From: Eutreptiella sp. 'Long Island Sound 2002' | Lineage: Eukaryota > Protista > Euglenida | Direction: 5' to 3' | Assembly: GCA_964036045.1 (NCBI GenBank) | Contig: OZ038378.1 | Span: forward strand, 141,112,001 to 141,176,000 | Length of the DNA: 64,000 nucleotides | Shown: positions 20,941 to 32,900 of the stretch, one piece after another | How positions within the stretch are numbered: position 1 is the stretch's first letter | How the letters are laid out: the number at the start of each line of letters is the position of its first letter | Notes under the pieces: generated by a model | Told to the model about the DNA's origin: nothing | The model's input: the letters and a program-made list of their open reading frames with translations, nothing else | Database searches by the model: none | Program-made: the position numbers and the translations under genes

Positions 20941-23900
20941 TGTTGGATTTTTGCGGCGTCGCTTTGGTTGGTAATATGCTGTGGATCCGGGATTTTTTTG
21001 TGTATTATGTACACAACTACCATGGATTTTCCTTCCTCGTCCTCCCCCATAGCTCTCAACGGTTCTTGAGGCTAGGTCCAAGCCGACGCGTCCCCTCTCA
21101 AAGCTTGGGGCCCCACAATAGCGTGCGGCCTCGTAGCCATACCCCTGGGCCAATGAGGCGTCTCTGCTGCAAGGGGTAGAGCTGTTGGCATGAACGTCAA
21201 AGAAGGGGGCCAAGTGAAAGGGCTGAACCCCCTTCATTGATGTGCCATCCTGCTGCTATTTTCCCGAAGGCTCGAAAAAGGGGAACGACGTGGGACAAAG
21301 TGTTGGTGTGCATTTTCAGACATCATCTCACGACGGATATGTGTAACTTAAACTCTGACATCAAGACCCTTCCCTTAACTGCATCAACCATTTTTTAATC
21401 AACTAATAATAATTCATCGATCAATCATTAATTGTATTGGCTCCAAAATAGTCTAGCAGCCCCTATAGATCTTGCCCCCTCTGCCTGCTGAGACTAAGTG
21501 AAATGTTCCGATAAATTGTGGGTGAGTTGATTAATTTGGAGGTCTATTTGCGTCCTTGAGGGGGTGCCAGAGTTTCTTGGGATGGGTCTGGCTGTATTCA
21601 AGGTTGGAATTGGAGTCAATGTGGCGGTAATTTGGGGTGCATTCCGGGTGTGTCAACGGAGATTTTAGGGTGTGTTTGGAGGTATTTTTGGATGTATCGG
21701 GGCCGGGTCTAGAGGTCGTTTTCAGGTGTGTCTACGAACCCTTTGAAGGTCGGTTTGTAGCTGCTTTGTGGTGCTGTTGTTTTGGCGCTAAGGTAATTTG
21801 GATTGGGTCAAAAAGTATTGTGTGGGTGAGGTTGATGATAGTTCGGCCGGGTAGGTTTGGGGTGGGTGTTGGGGTAGTTCGGGGCTAGATCTACAGGTAC
21901 TTTGGGGTTGATTTGGGTTGGGTTTGGGGGTACTTCGGGGTCGGGGGGTCCGGAGGTATTTTTGGTAGGGTATGGATGCATTATTGGGTCGATTTTGGGT
22001 GTGTCCGGGGCTCCTTTGGGGCAGGGCCAGCGGTGCTTTGGGGTGGGCGTGGTCCTATTTTGGGGTGGGTGTGATGGCATTTTTGGCTGGCTTTGGTAGT
22101 ACTTCGAAGTGGGGTGGATGATATTCTAGGGTACGTCTTGTGGTGCTTTTGTGGTGGGTCTAGTCATATTTTGGGACGGGTCTAGTGGCATTTTGGAGTT
22201 TGTCCCGCAGTATGTTGCGGTGAGGCTCACAGTATTTTGGCATAATTCTGTTGGATTTTTGCGGCGTCGCTTTGGTTGGTAATATGCTGTGGATCCGGGA
22301 TTATTTTGTGTGTTATGTACACAACTACCACGGATTTTCCTTCCTCGTCCTCCCCCATAGCTCTCAACGGTTCTTGAGGCTAGGTCCAAGCCGACGCGTC
22401 CCCTCTCAAAGCTTGGGGCCCCACAATAGCGTGCGGCCTCGTAGCCATACCCCTGGGCCAATGAGGCCTCTTTGCTGCAAGGGGTAGAGCCGTTGGCATG
22501 AACGTCAAAGAAGGGGGCCAAGTGAAAGGGCTGAACCCCCTTCATTGATGTGCCATCCTGCTGCTATTTTCCCGGAGGCTCGAAAAAGGGGAACGACGTG
22601 GGACAAAGTATTGGTGTGCATTTTCAGACATCATCTCACGACGGATATGTGTAACTTAAATTCTGACATCAAGACCCTTCCCTTAATTGCATCAACCATT
22701 TTTTAATCAACTAATAATAATTCATCGATCAATCATTAATTGTATTGGCCCCAAAATAGTCTAGCAGCCCCTATAGATCTTGCCCCCTCTCACTGCTGAG
22801 ACTAAGTGAAATGTTCCGATGAATTGTGAGTGAGTTGATTAATTTGGAGGTCTATTTGCGTCCTTGAGGGGGTGCAATCTCTGATTTATAATGGTCAGCC
22901 CAATGTTGGTTCACGAGCTGATATTTGTCTTGTTCTCTACTTGTTAGAAAATTTGGCAGAATCTAGGTGTAATTGGATTTTGGCCAAGGGCAGTCGACAC
23001 GTGCTTATTGTTTCCTTGTCTCCTGTCTAGTTTATTTAGTAGTTTATAGTCTATGAGGATTGCCGCGGTACTATAGTGCCATAGAACAATAAAGAGCAGG
23101 CTAATTCACCTTAACCTCCTGAGTTATTGACCTATGGGGATGGGATTGTGTGTGCAGTAACAGGCGCCGTTAAGAGGGCAAGCACATTAAGATGGACGTG
23201 CGCGCTGTGCAATAGTTACATCTAAGTTGAGATTTACAGCAATATTCGGGATTTGGTTTGTGGGATTATTAGTTTCTAGAACAAATACACGGCGTGGTGC
23301 AACCGGCATTTGCGATTGTGATATTTCAATGTTTCGTCACTGATTGATACTCTTTGTGTATTGAGGCATGTCACAGGTCAAATACCAAATCTTCCAGTTT
23401 AGCATCATTCAAGTTCGTATTCGTGCCGTGTGCCTGTTTGTCATGGTTGGTGCTGCTTTGGGGATCACCACGGTAGGCATGGTAAGTATTAGACAAGCAA
23501 GGTCTAATAACAATTCAGTTTGGGAAGGAAATGCAAGCGGTTGACCAGATCGGTGCTTGGATTGTTGGGAGCGCAGCCAGATCATGAGCAGCCGAAACAA
23601 TGTTGATGGACAGCAGGAGAAGATGACGGATGTTGGACGAATAAAGTAGTTGTATCGTGAGATGGACATCCTTCATGATGGAATTGACCGTCTCCGCAAA
23701 GGCGTGAATCATTGGAGGACCAAGTATGAGGAGGGGGCTAGTTAATATGGTTGTAGACATCTACTGGGTGAGGCACAACATATGTTGCTGCAAAAAGTTG
23801 TTCCAATCCCTAGGCTTTGATAGACCACAACCAATGTTTGGACTTTGGGACAACAATGGCACACGCGGTGGGCCATGAGCCCAACACAAAGGGGGCCATA

Positions 23901-23984
23901 GTCTCATTCTGTCAAGAGCGGGATCAGAGTGTGACTCGGTGCCGGATGACCGGCGTAGATTTAGGAAGTTCGCCCTTTGCGCCT

Positions 23985-26900
23985 CCCTTCTCGGGATAAC
24001 CATTATGGGGAGACGGCAACAAGCAAAGCAGCAATCAATATGGCTACATAACCCTTGCCGTCTCGGAGTCCGACACCGTAGGGAGACGGCAATTCGGCTA
24101 CAGAAGCCGTGTCTTCCTGTGGGTATTAGGTGAAAAGAAATATGGCAATATGGCTACATGACCCCCGCCTTCTTGGGGTGCCCATTGTGGGGACAAATCC
24201 ATATTGCTACATAAACCCTGCCTTCTCGGGGTCCCCATGTTGGGGAGGTGACAATATGGCTCCCTAAGCCTTCTCGGGAGTATAAGATCATAAGAAATCC
24301 ATATGGCTGCACAACCCATTCCTTCTTGGGGTCTCCATCAGGGGAAAATGAATAGGGCCACATAACCCGTGTCTTTTAACGGTCCCCATACTGGGGAGAA
24401 TCCATCATTACCTTACCATCTCGGGGTTTCCATAGTGGGGAGCCATCAATATTTGCTATACAAACAGTGCCTTCTTGGGTACCCAATCATGGGGAGATGG
24501 CAATAGGGCACCACATGTGCTGCATTCTTGGGGGTATATTGATGGGAAGAAGACACTATGGGCACATAACCTCTGCCTTGTTGGGTCCCATGGTGGGGAG
24601 AAATCAATATGGCTGCATGCATTCTGCATTGTCGGGGTTCCCATAGTGGGGAGGCAGCAAAATGGCTACACAACCCTCTGCATTCTCGTTGGTGTATAAT
24701 GTGAAGAAATCAATAGGGCTACATAGCCCCTACCTTATCGCGATCCTCATAGTGATGGGAAATCCATATGGCGGCATGCAGCCTTCTTTCTCCGGGTTAT
24801 CAGAAGAAAAGAAAACAACATGGCCACTCAACCCCCGCTCTGTTTGGTCCATTATGAGGAGACATCCATATGGCAACATTCCGCCTGGCATCTCGGGATC
24901 CCCATTGTGGGGACACAACAATTTGGCTACAAACCCTATGACTTCTCGGCGGGATGGGATGGGAAGAAATCAAGATGTCTCAATAACCCCGCAAAATCAA
25001 CATCACTAGGTAACCCCGGCCTTCTCGGGTCCCATTGTGGGGTGTTGGCAATATGGCTCCACAACCCTCGGCTCATTGGGGATGTTACATGAGAAGAAAC
25101 ATGGCTCCACAAGCCGTGCCTGCTCGGTGTCGTGGAACCACGGCAACATGGCTACCTAAGCTTCTCAAAGATATTAGATGGCTAAAAGTCCATATGGCGA
25201 CATAACGGTTGCCTTCTCGGGGTCCCCATGGTTGGGAGGCGGCAACATGGCTACATAAGCCCTAACTTCTCAGGGGTAGAGGATGGGAGAATCCACATGG
25301 CTACAGAAAGCCTTGCCCTTAAGGAGTTGCCAATAGTGATGAGACATTCATATGGCTAAATAACCTTCTTGGGGAGGCTGCAACATGGTTAAATAAGCGC
25401 CGAGTTCCCGCATGCATTCGGTGGGGAAAATGAATATGGCTACAAAACCCCTGCCTTGGCGAGGTCCCCATAGTTGTTGGGGTGCACGTTATGAGGAGGT
25501 AGTAATAAGGGTACAAAACCTTTGGCTTCTAGGGGGTATAAGACAGGAAGAAATCAGTATGGCTACATAACCCCTGCCCCTTCGGGGTCCCAATAATGGG
25601 GATGTGGCAATACTGCTACATAGCCCATGCCTTCTCCGGGTCCCCATTGTGCCTTCTTAGGGTCCCCATAGTGTGGAAAAGATGATATGGCAACATAAAT
25701 TCTGCCTTCTGGGGTAGGATGGAGAGAAAACAATATGGGCACAGAACGCCACCAGTGTTGGATCTCATGGCGGGGAGACATATAACTACATAACCCCTGC
25801 CTTCTTGGGGTCCCCATTTTGGGGAGACACGAATTTGGCTGCATAAGCCGGGCCTTGTGAGAGATATAGGATGCAAATAAATGAATATGCCTACCTAGCC
25901 GTTGCATTCTTAGGGTCCACGTACTACTATATGGCCACATAAGTCTTGGCTTCTATAGGATGGGAAGAAAGCAAGATGACAACCCCTATCTGGGTGGGCC
26001 CCATGGTGGGGAGACACAGATATGGCTACATAACCCCTTGCCTTCTCGGGGTCCGCATTGTGAGGAGATGGCAAGATGGGTACCTCCGTGTGTTCGCGGG
26101 GGTGCAAAAAAGGAGGAAAACAAGATGGCTACACAACCCCTACCTTGTCGTGGTCCCCGTAGTGGGGAGAAAGCAATGTGGATACATAACCTCGCCCTTT
26201 TGGAGGGCATGGGACGGGAAGGAATCATTATGGCTACATAACCACAGCCTTGTTCGGGTCCCCACGTCGGCGAGGCGGTAATATGGCTACGTAATCCCCC
26301 GCTTCCCACAGGTATAGGGTGGGAAGAATTCCATGTGGGTTCACAACCCCTGCTTCTTGGGATCCCTATTCTAGGATGGAAGCAATATGGCTAAATAAAC
26401 CCTGCCTTCTCGGGGTCCCAGTCTTGGGGAGGCGGCAATATGGCTACAAAAACCGTCGCTTCTCGAGGGTATAGGGTGTGAAGAAATCAATATGGCTGCA
26501 TAACCTTTGCATTCTATGGGTCTTCAGCGTGGGGACATGGCATTGTAATTACATAAGCGCTGCCTCTTTGGGATACATGATGGGGTGAAATCAACACGGC
26601 TACATGATACTTGCTTCCTTGTGCGAGGCCAAATCCATGTGGCTACACCAGTGCCTTCTCGGGGTAACCATTATGGGGAGACGGTAATACGGCAAAATCC
26701 CCTTTGGCCTTCTAGGGGGTACCATCGTCTGCACAAATAAATTTGGCCACACAATCCCTGCCATTTGAGAATCCCCAAGCCGGAGAGATGTTTATTCATA
26801 AGTCCTGCCATCTAGGTTCCCCAAGGTGGGGAGACATCCATATGGCTTAAAAAGAAAATTGAATTCTCGGCAGTAGAAGATCGGACGTAAACAATACGGG

Positions 26901-29900
26901 CACATAAACTCTGCCTTGTTGGGTCCCATCGTAGGGAGCCATCGATATGGCTACATAACCCTTGCCGTCTCGGGGTCCCCACCGTAGGGAGACGGCAATT
27001 TGGCTACAGAAGACGTGCTTTCCTGTGGGTATTAGGTAGAAAGAAATCAATATGTGTACATGACCCCCGCCCTCTTGGGGTGCCCATTGTGGGTACAAAT
27101 CCATATTGCTACATAAACCCTGCCTTCTCGGGGTCCCCATGTTGGGGAGGTGACAATATGGCTCGCTAAGCCCTGCCTTCTCGGGAGTATAGGATCATAA
27201 GAAATCCATATGGCTGCACAACCCAGGCCTTCTTGCGGTCTCCATCGGGGAAAATGCATAGGGCCTTACCACCGATGTCTTTTAACGGTCCCCATACTGG
27301 GGAGAATCCATCATTACCTTACCATCTCGGGGTTCCCATAGGGGGGACCCATCAATATTTGCTGAACAAACAGTGCCTTCTTGGGTACCCAATTGTGGGG
27401 AGATGGCAATTGGGCACCATAACTGCTGCATTCTTGGGGGTATATTGATGGGAAGAAGACACTATGGGCACATAACCTCTGCCTTGTTGGGGCCCATGGT
27501 GGGGAGAAATCTATATGGCTGCATATATTCTGCATTCTCGGGGTTCCCATAGTGGGGAGGCAGCAAAATGGCTACACAACCCAATGCATTCTCGGTGGTG
27601 TATAATGGGAAGAAATCAATAGCGCTACATAGCCTCTACCTTATCGCGATCCTCATAGTGATAGGAAATCAATATGGCGACATGCAGCCTTCTTTCTCCG
27701 GGTTATCGGAGGAAAAGAAAACAACATGGCCACCCAACCCCCGCTTTGTTTGGTCCATTATGTGGAGACATCCATATGGCTATATTCCGCCTGCCATCTC
27801 GAGATCCCCATTGTGGGGACACAACAATTTGGCTACAGACTTGTTGCCTTCTCCAGGGTATAGGATGGGAAGAATTCCAGATGTCTGAAAAACCCCTCAA
27901 AATCAATATCACTAGGTAACCCCGGCCTTCTCGGGTCCCATTGTGGGGTGTTGGCAATATGGCTCCACAACCCTCGGCTCATTGGGGATGTTACATGAGA
28001 AGAAACATGGCTCCACAAGCCGTGCCTGCTCGGTGTCGTGGAACCACAGCAACATGGCTACCTAAGCACAAGCTTCTCGGAGGTATTAGATGGGTAAAAG
28101 TCCATATGGCTACATAACTGTTGCCTTCTCGGGGTCCCCACGGTTGGGAGGCGGCAACATGGCTACATAAGCCCTACCTTCTCAGGGGTAGAGGATGGGA
28201 GAATCCACATGGCTACAGAAACCGTTGCCCGCAATGAGTCGCCAATAGTGGTGAGACATTCATATGGCTAAATAACCTTCTTGGGGAGGTGGCAACATGG
28301 TTAAATAAGCGCCTAGTTCCCGCATGCATTCGGTGGGGAAAATCAATATGGCTACAAAACCCCTGCCTTGGCGAGGTCCCCATAGTTGTTGGGGTGCACG
28401 TTATGAGGAGGTAGTAATAAGGGTACAAAACCTTTGGCTTCTGGGGGGTATTAGACAGGAAGAAATCAGTATGGCTACATAGCCCCTGCCCCTTCGGGGT
28501 CCCAATAATGGGGATGTGGCAATACTGCTACATAGCCCCTGCCTTCTCCGGGTCCCCATTGTGCCTTCTTAGGGTCCCCATAGTGTGGAAAAGATGATAT
28601 GGCAACATAAATTCTGCCTTCTGGGGTAGGATGGGAAGAAAACAATATGGGCACAGAATGCCACCAGTGTTGGATCTCATGGCGGGGAGACATATAACTA
28701 CATAACCCCTGCCTTCTTGGGGTCCCCATTTTGGGGAGACAAGAATTTGGCTACATAAGCCGGGCCTTGTGAGAGATATAGGATGCAAATAAATGAATAT
28801 GCCTACCTAGCCGTTGCATTCTTAGGGTCCACGTACTACTATATGGCCACATAAGTCTTGGCTTCTATAGGATGGGAAGAAAGCAATATGACAACCCCTA
28901 TCTGGGTGGGCCCCATGGTGGGGAGACACAGATATGGCTACATAACCCCTTGCCTTCTGGGGGTCCGCATCGTGAGGAGATGGCAAGATGGGTACCTCCG
29001 TGTGTTCTCGGGGGTGCAAAAAAGGAGGAAAACAAGATGGCTACACAACCCCTACCTTGTCGTGGTCCCCGTAGTGGGGAGAAAGCAATGTGGATACATA
29101 ACCCCGCCCTTTTGGAGGGCATGGGACGGGAAGGAATCATTATGGCTACATAACCACAGCCTTGTTCGGGTCCCCACGTCGGCGAGGCGGTAATATGGCT
29201 ACGTAATCCCCCGCTTCCCACACGTATAGGGTGGAAAGAATTCCATGTGGGTTCACAACCCCTGCTTCTTGGGATCCCTATTCTAGGATGGAAGCAATAT
29301 GGCTAAATAAACCCTACCTTCTCGGGGTCCCACTCTTCGGGAGGCGGCAATATGGCTACAAAAACCGTCGCTTCTCGAGGGTAAAGGGTGTGAAGAAATC
29401 AATATGGCTGCATAACCTTTGCATTCTATGGGTCTTCGGCGTGGGGACATGGCATTGTAATCACATAAGCGATGCCTCTTTGGGATACATGATGGGGTGA
29501 AATCAACACGGCTACATGATACTTGCTTCCTTGTGCGAGGACAAATCCATGTGGCTACACCACTGCCTTCTCGGGGTAACCATTATGGGGATACGGTAAT
29601 ACGGCAACATCCCCTTTGGCCTTCTAGGGGGTACCATCGTCTGCACAAATAAATTTGGCCACACAATCCCTGCCATTTGAGAATCCCCAAGCCGGAGAGA
29701 TGTTTATTCATAAGTCCTGCCATCTAGGTTCCCCAAGGTGGGGAGACATCCATATGGCTTAAAAAGAAAATTGAATTCTCGGCAGTAGAAGATCGGACGT
29801 AAACAATACGGGCACATAAACTCTGCCCTGTTGGGTCCCATCGTAGGGAGCCATCGATATGGCTACATAACCCTTGCCGTCTCGGGGTCCCCACCGTAGG

Positions 29901-32900
29901 GAGACGGCAATTTGGCTACAGAAGACGTGCTTTCCTGTTGGTATTAGGTAGAAAGAAATCAATATGTGTACATGACCCCCGCCCTCTTGGGGTGCCCATT
30001 GTGGGTACAAATCCATATTGCTACATAAACCCTGCCTTCTCGGGGTCCCCATGTTGGGGAGGTGACAATATCGCTCGCTAGGCCCTGCCTTCTTGGGAGT
30101 ATAGGATCATAAGAAATCCATATGGCTGCACAACCCATGCCTTCTTGCGGTCTCCATCGGGGGAAATGCATGGGGCCTTACCACCCATGTCTTTTAACGG
30201 TCCCCATACTGGGGAGAATCCATCATTACCTTACCATCTCGGGGTTCCCATAGTGGGGAGCCATCGATATTTGCTGAACAAACAGTGCCTTCTTGGGTAC
30301 CCAATTGTGGGGAGATGGCAATTGGGCACCATAACTGCTGCATTCTTGGGGGTATATTGATGGGAAGAAGACACTATGGGCACATAACCTCTGCCTTGTT
30401 GGGGCCCATGGTGGGGAGAAATCTATATGGCTGCATATATTCTGCATTCTCGGGGTTCCCATAGTGGGGAGGCAGCAAAATGGGTACACAACCCTCTGCA
30501 TTCTCGGTGGTGTATAATGGGAAGAAATCAATAGCGCTACATAGCCTCTACCTTATCGCGATCCTCATAGTGATAGGAAATCAATATGGCGACATGCAGC
30601 CTTCTTTCTCCGGGTTATCAGAAGAAAAGAAAACAACATGGCCACCCAACCCCCGCTTTGTTTGGTCCATTATGTGGAGACATCCATATGGCTACAGTCC
30701 GCCTGCCATCTCGGGATCCCCATTGTGGGGACACAACAATTTGGCTACAAACTGGTTGCCTTCTCCAGGGTATAGGATGGGAAGAATTCCAGATGTCTGA
30801 AAAACCCCTCAAAATCAATATCACTAGGTAACCCCGGCCTTCTCGGGTCCCATTGTGGGGTGTTGGCAATATGGCTCCACAACCCTCGGCTCATTGGGGA
30901 TGTTACATGAGAAGAATACTGGCTCCACAAGCCGTGCCTGCTCGGTGTCGTGGAACCACGGCAACATGGCTACCTAAGCACAAGCTTCTCGGAGGTATTA
31001 GATGGGTAAAAGTCCATATGGCTACATAACCGTTGCCTTCTTGGGGTCCCCATGGTTGGGAGGCGGCAACATGGCTACATAAGCCCTACCTTCTCAGGGG
31101 TAGAGGATGAGAGAATCCACATGGCTACAGAAACCCTTGCCCGTAATGAGTCGCCAATAGTGGTGAGACATTCATATGGCTAAATAACCTTGCCTTCTTG
31201 GAGTTCCCATCTTGGGGAGGCTGCAACATGGCCAAATAACCGCTGAATTCTCGCATGCATTAGGTGGGGAATCATTATGGCCAGAACACCCCGGCCTTGG
31301 CGAGGTCCCCATAGTGCCTTGTTGGGGTGCAAGTTATGAGGAGGTAGTAATAAGGGTACAAAACCTTTGGCTTCTCGGGGGTATTAGACGGGAAGAAATC
31401 AGTATGGCTACATAACCCCTGCCCCTTCGGTGTCCCAATAATGGGGATGTGGCAATACTGCTACATAGGCCCTGCCTTCTCCGGGTCCCCATTGTGCCTT
31501 CTTAGGGTCCCCATAGTGTGGAAAAGATGATATGGCAACATATACCCTACCTTTTGGGGTAGGATGGGAAGGGAAAAAAATGGGCACAGAACGTCACCAG
31601 TGTTGGATCTCATGGCGGGAAGAAATATGGCTACATGATCCCTGCCTTCTCGGGGTCCCCATTGTCGGGAGACAAGCATTTGGCTACACAAGCCATGGCT
31701 TGTGGGGGATATAGGATGCAAATAAATGAATATGCCAACCTAGCCCTTGCATTCTCAGGGTCCGCGTACTAGAGAGAAATCCATATGGCTACATACATCC
31801 TGCCTTCTAGGGGGTATAGGAATGGGAAGCAAGCAATATGGCCACACAACCCCTACCTTGTTGGGTCCCATGGTGGGGAGACATAGATGTGGCCACATAA
31901 TCCGTGCCTTCTCGGGGATGCAAAACGGGAAGAAAACAAGACGGCCGCACAACCCCTGCCTTCTCGTGGTCCCCATAGTGCGGAGGAAAGAATGTGGCTA
32001 CATAACCCCTCCATTTTGGGGGGTATAGAACGGGAAGGAATCAATATGGCTACGTAACCCCTACCTTGTTCGGGTCCCCACGTTGGCGAGGCAGGAAAAT
32101 GGATACGTAAGCCCCGGCTTCCCACGCGTATGGGGTGGGAAGAAATCCATGTGGCTACACAACCCCTGCTTCTTGGGATCCCCAATGTGGGATGAAATCA
32201 ATATGGCTACATAACCCCTGCCTTCTCGGGGTCCACATCTTGGGGAGGCGGCAATATGGATACAAAAACCGTCCCTTCTCGAGGGCATAGGGTGTTAAGA
32301 AATCAATATGGCTACACAACCCTTGCATTCTATGGGACTTCAGGGTGGGGACATGGCATTGTAATTACATAACCCTTGCCATTTTGGGATACATGATGGC
32401 ATGAAATCAATACGGCTACATGACACTCGCTTCCTTGTCGGGGGACAAATCCATGTGGCTACACCGCTGCCTTTTGCGAGCAACCATCGTGGGGAGACGG
32501 CAATACGGTGACATCCCCTTTGGCCTTCGAGGGGGTACCATCGTCTGCACAAATCAATTAGGCCACGCAAAGAATCCCCAAGGTGGAAAGATGTTCATTC
32601 ATAAGTGGTGCCATTTGGGTTCCCCAAGGTGGGGAGACATCCATATGGCTTAAAGAAAATTGAATTCTCGCCACTAGAAGATGGGACGAAAACAATACGG
32701 GCACATAAACTCTGCCTTGTTGGGTCCCATCGTAGGGAGACATCGATATGGCTACATAACCCTTGCCGTCTGGGGGTCCCCACCGTAGGGAGACGGCAAT
32801 TTGGCTACATAAGCCGTGTCTTCCTGTGGGCATTGGGTCGAAAGAAATCAATATGGCTACATGACCCCCGCCTTCTTGGGGTCCCCATCGTGGGGACAAA

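Larger units (their letters stand above)
19029..22875. repeat. Tandem duplication B-X-A / B-A in which the second copy lacks the 1.23 kb segment X
   Basis: B 19034-19569 matches 21568-22102 and A 20803-21567 matches 22111-22875. GGTGC microhomology occurs at all three unit boundaries (19029, 21563, 22871). Confidence 0.95.

Noticed and set aside
23075-23118. Similarity of the 44 bp motif (reverse strand CTTTATTG) to a euglenozoan spliced-leader end
   Set aside because: Only 8 nt match, with no other SL features.
23940-23965. GCCGG-atga-CCGGC hairpin near the insert end as a Helitron 3' terminus
   Set aside because: No CTRR at the expected distance, no 5' TC, and no A-T target site.
23409-23985. 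Possible LINE RT thumb remnant on the minus strand
   Set aside because: Only vague resemblance (IVVPKSKHW) and no YxDD motif found.
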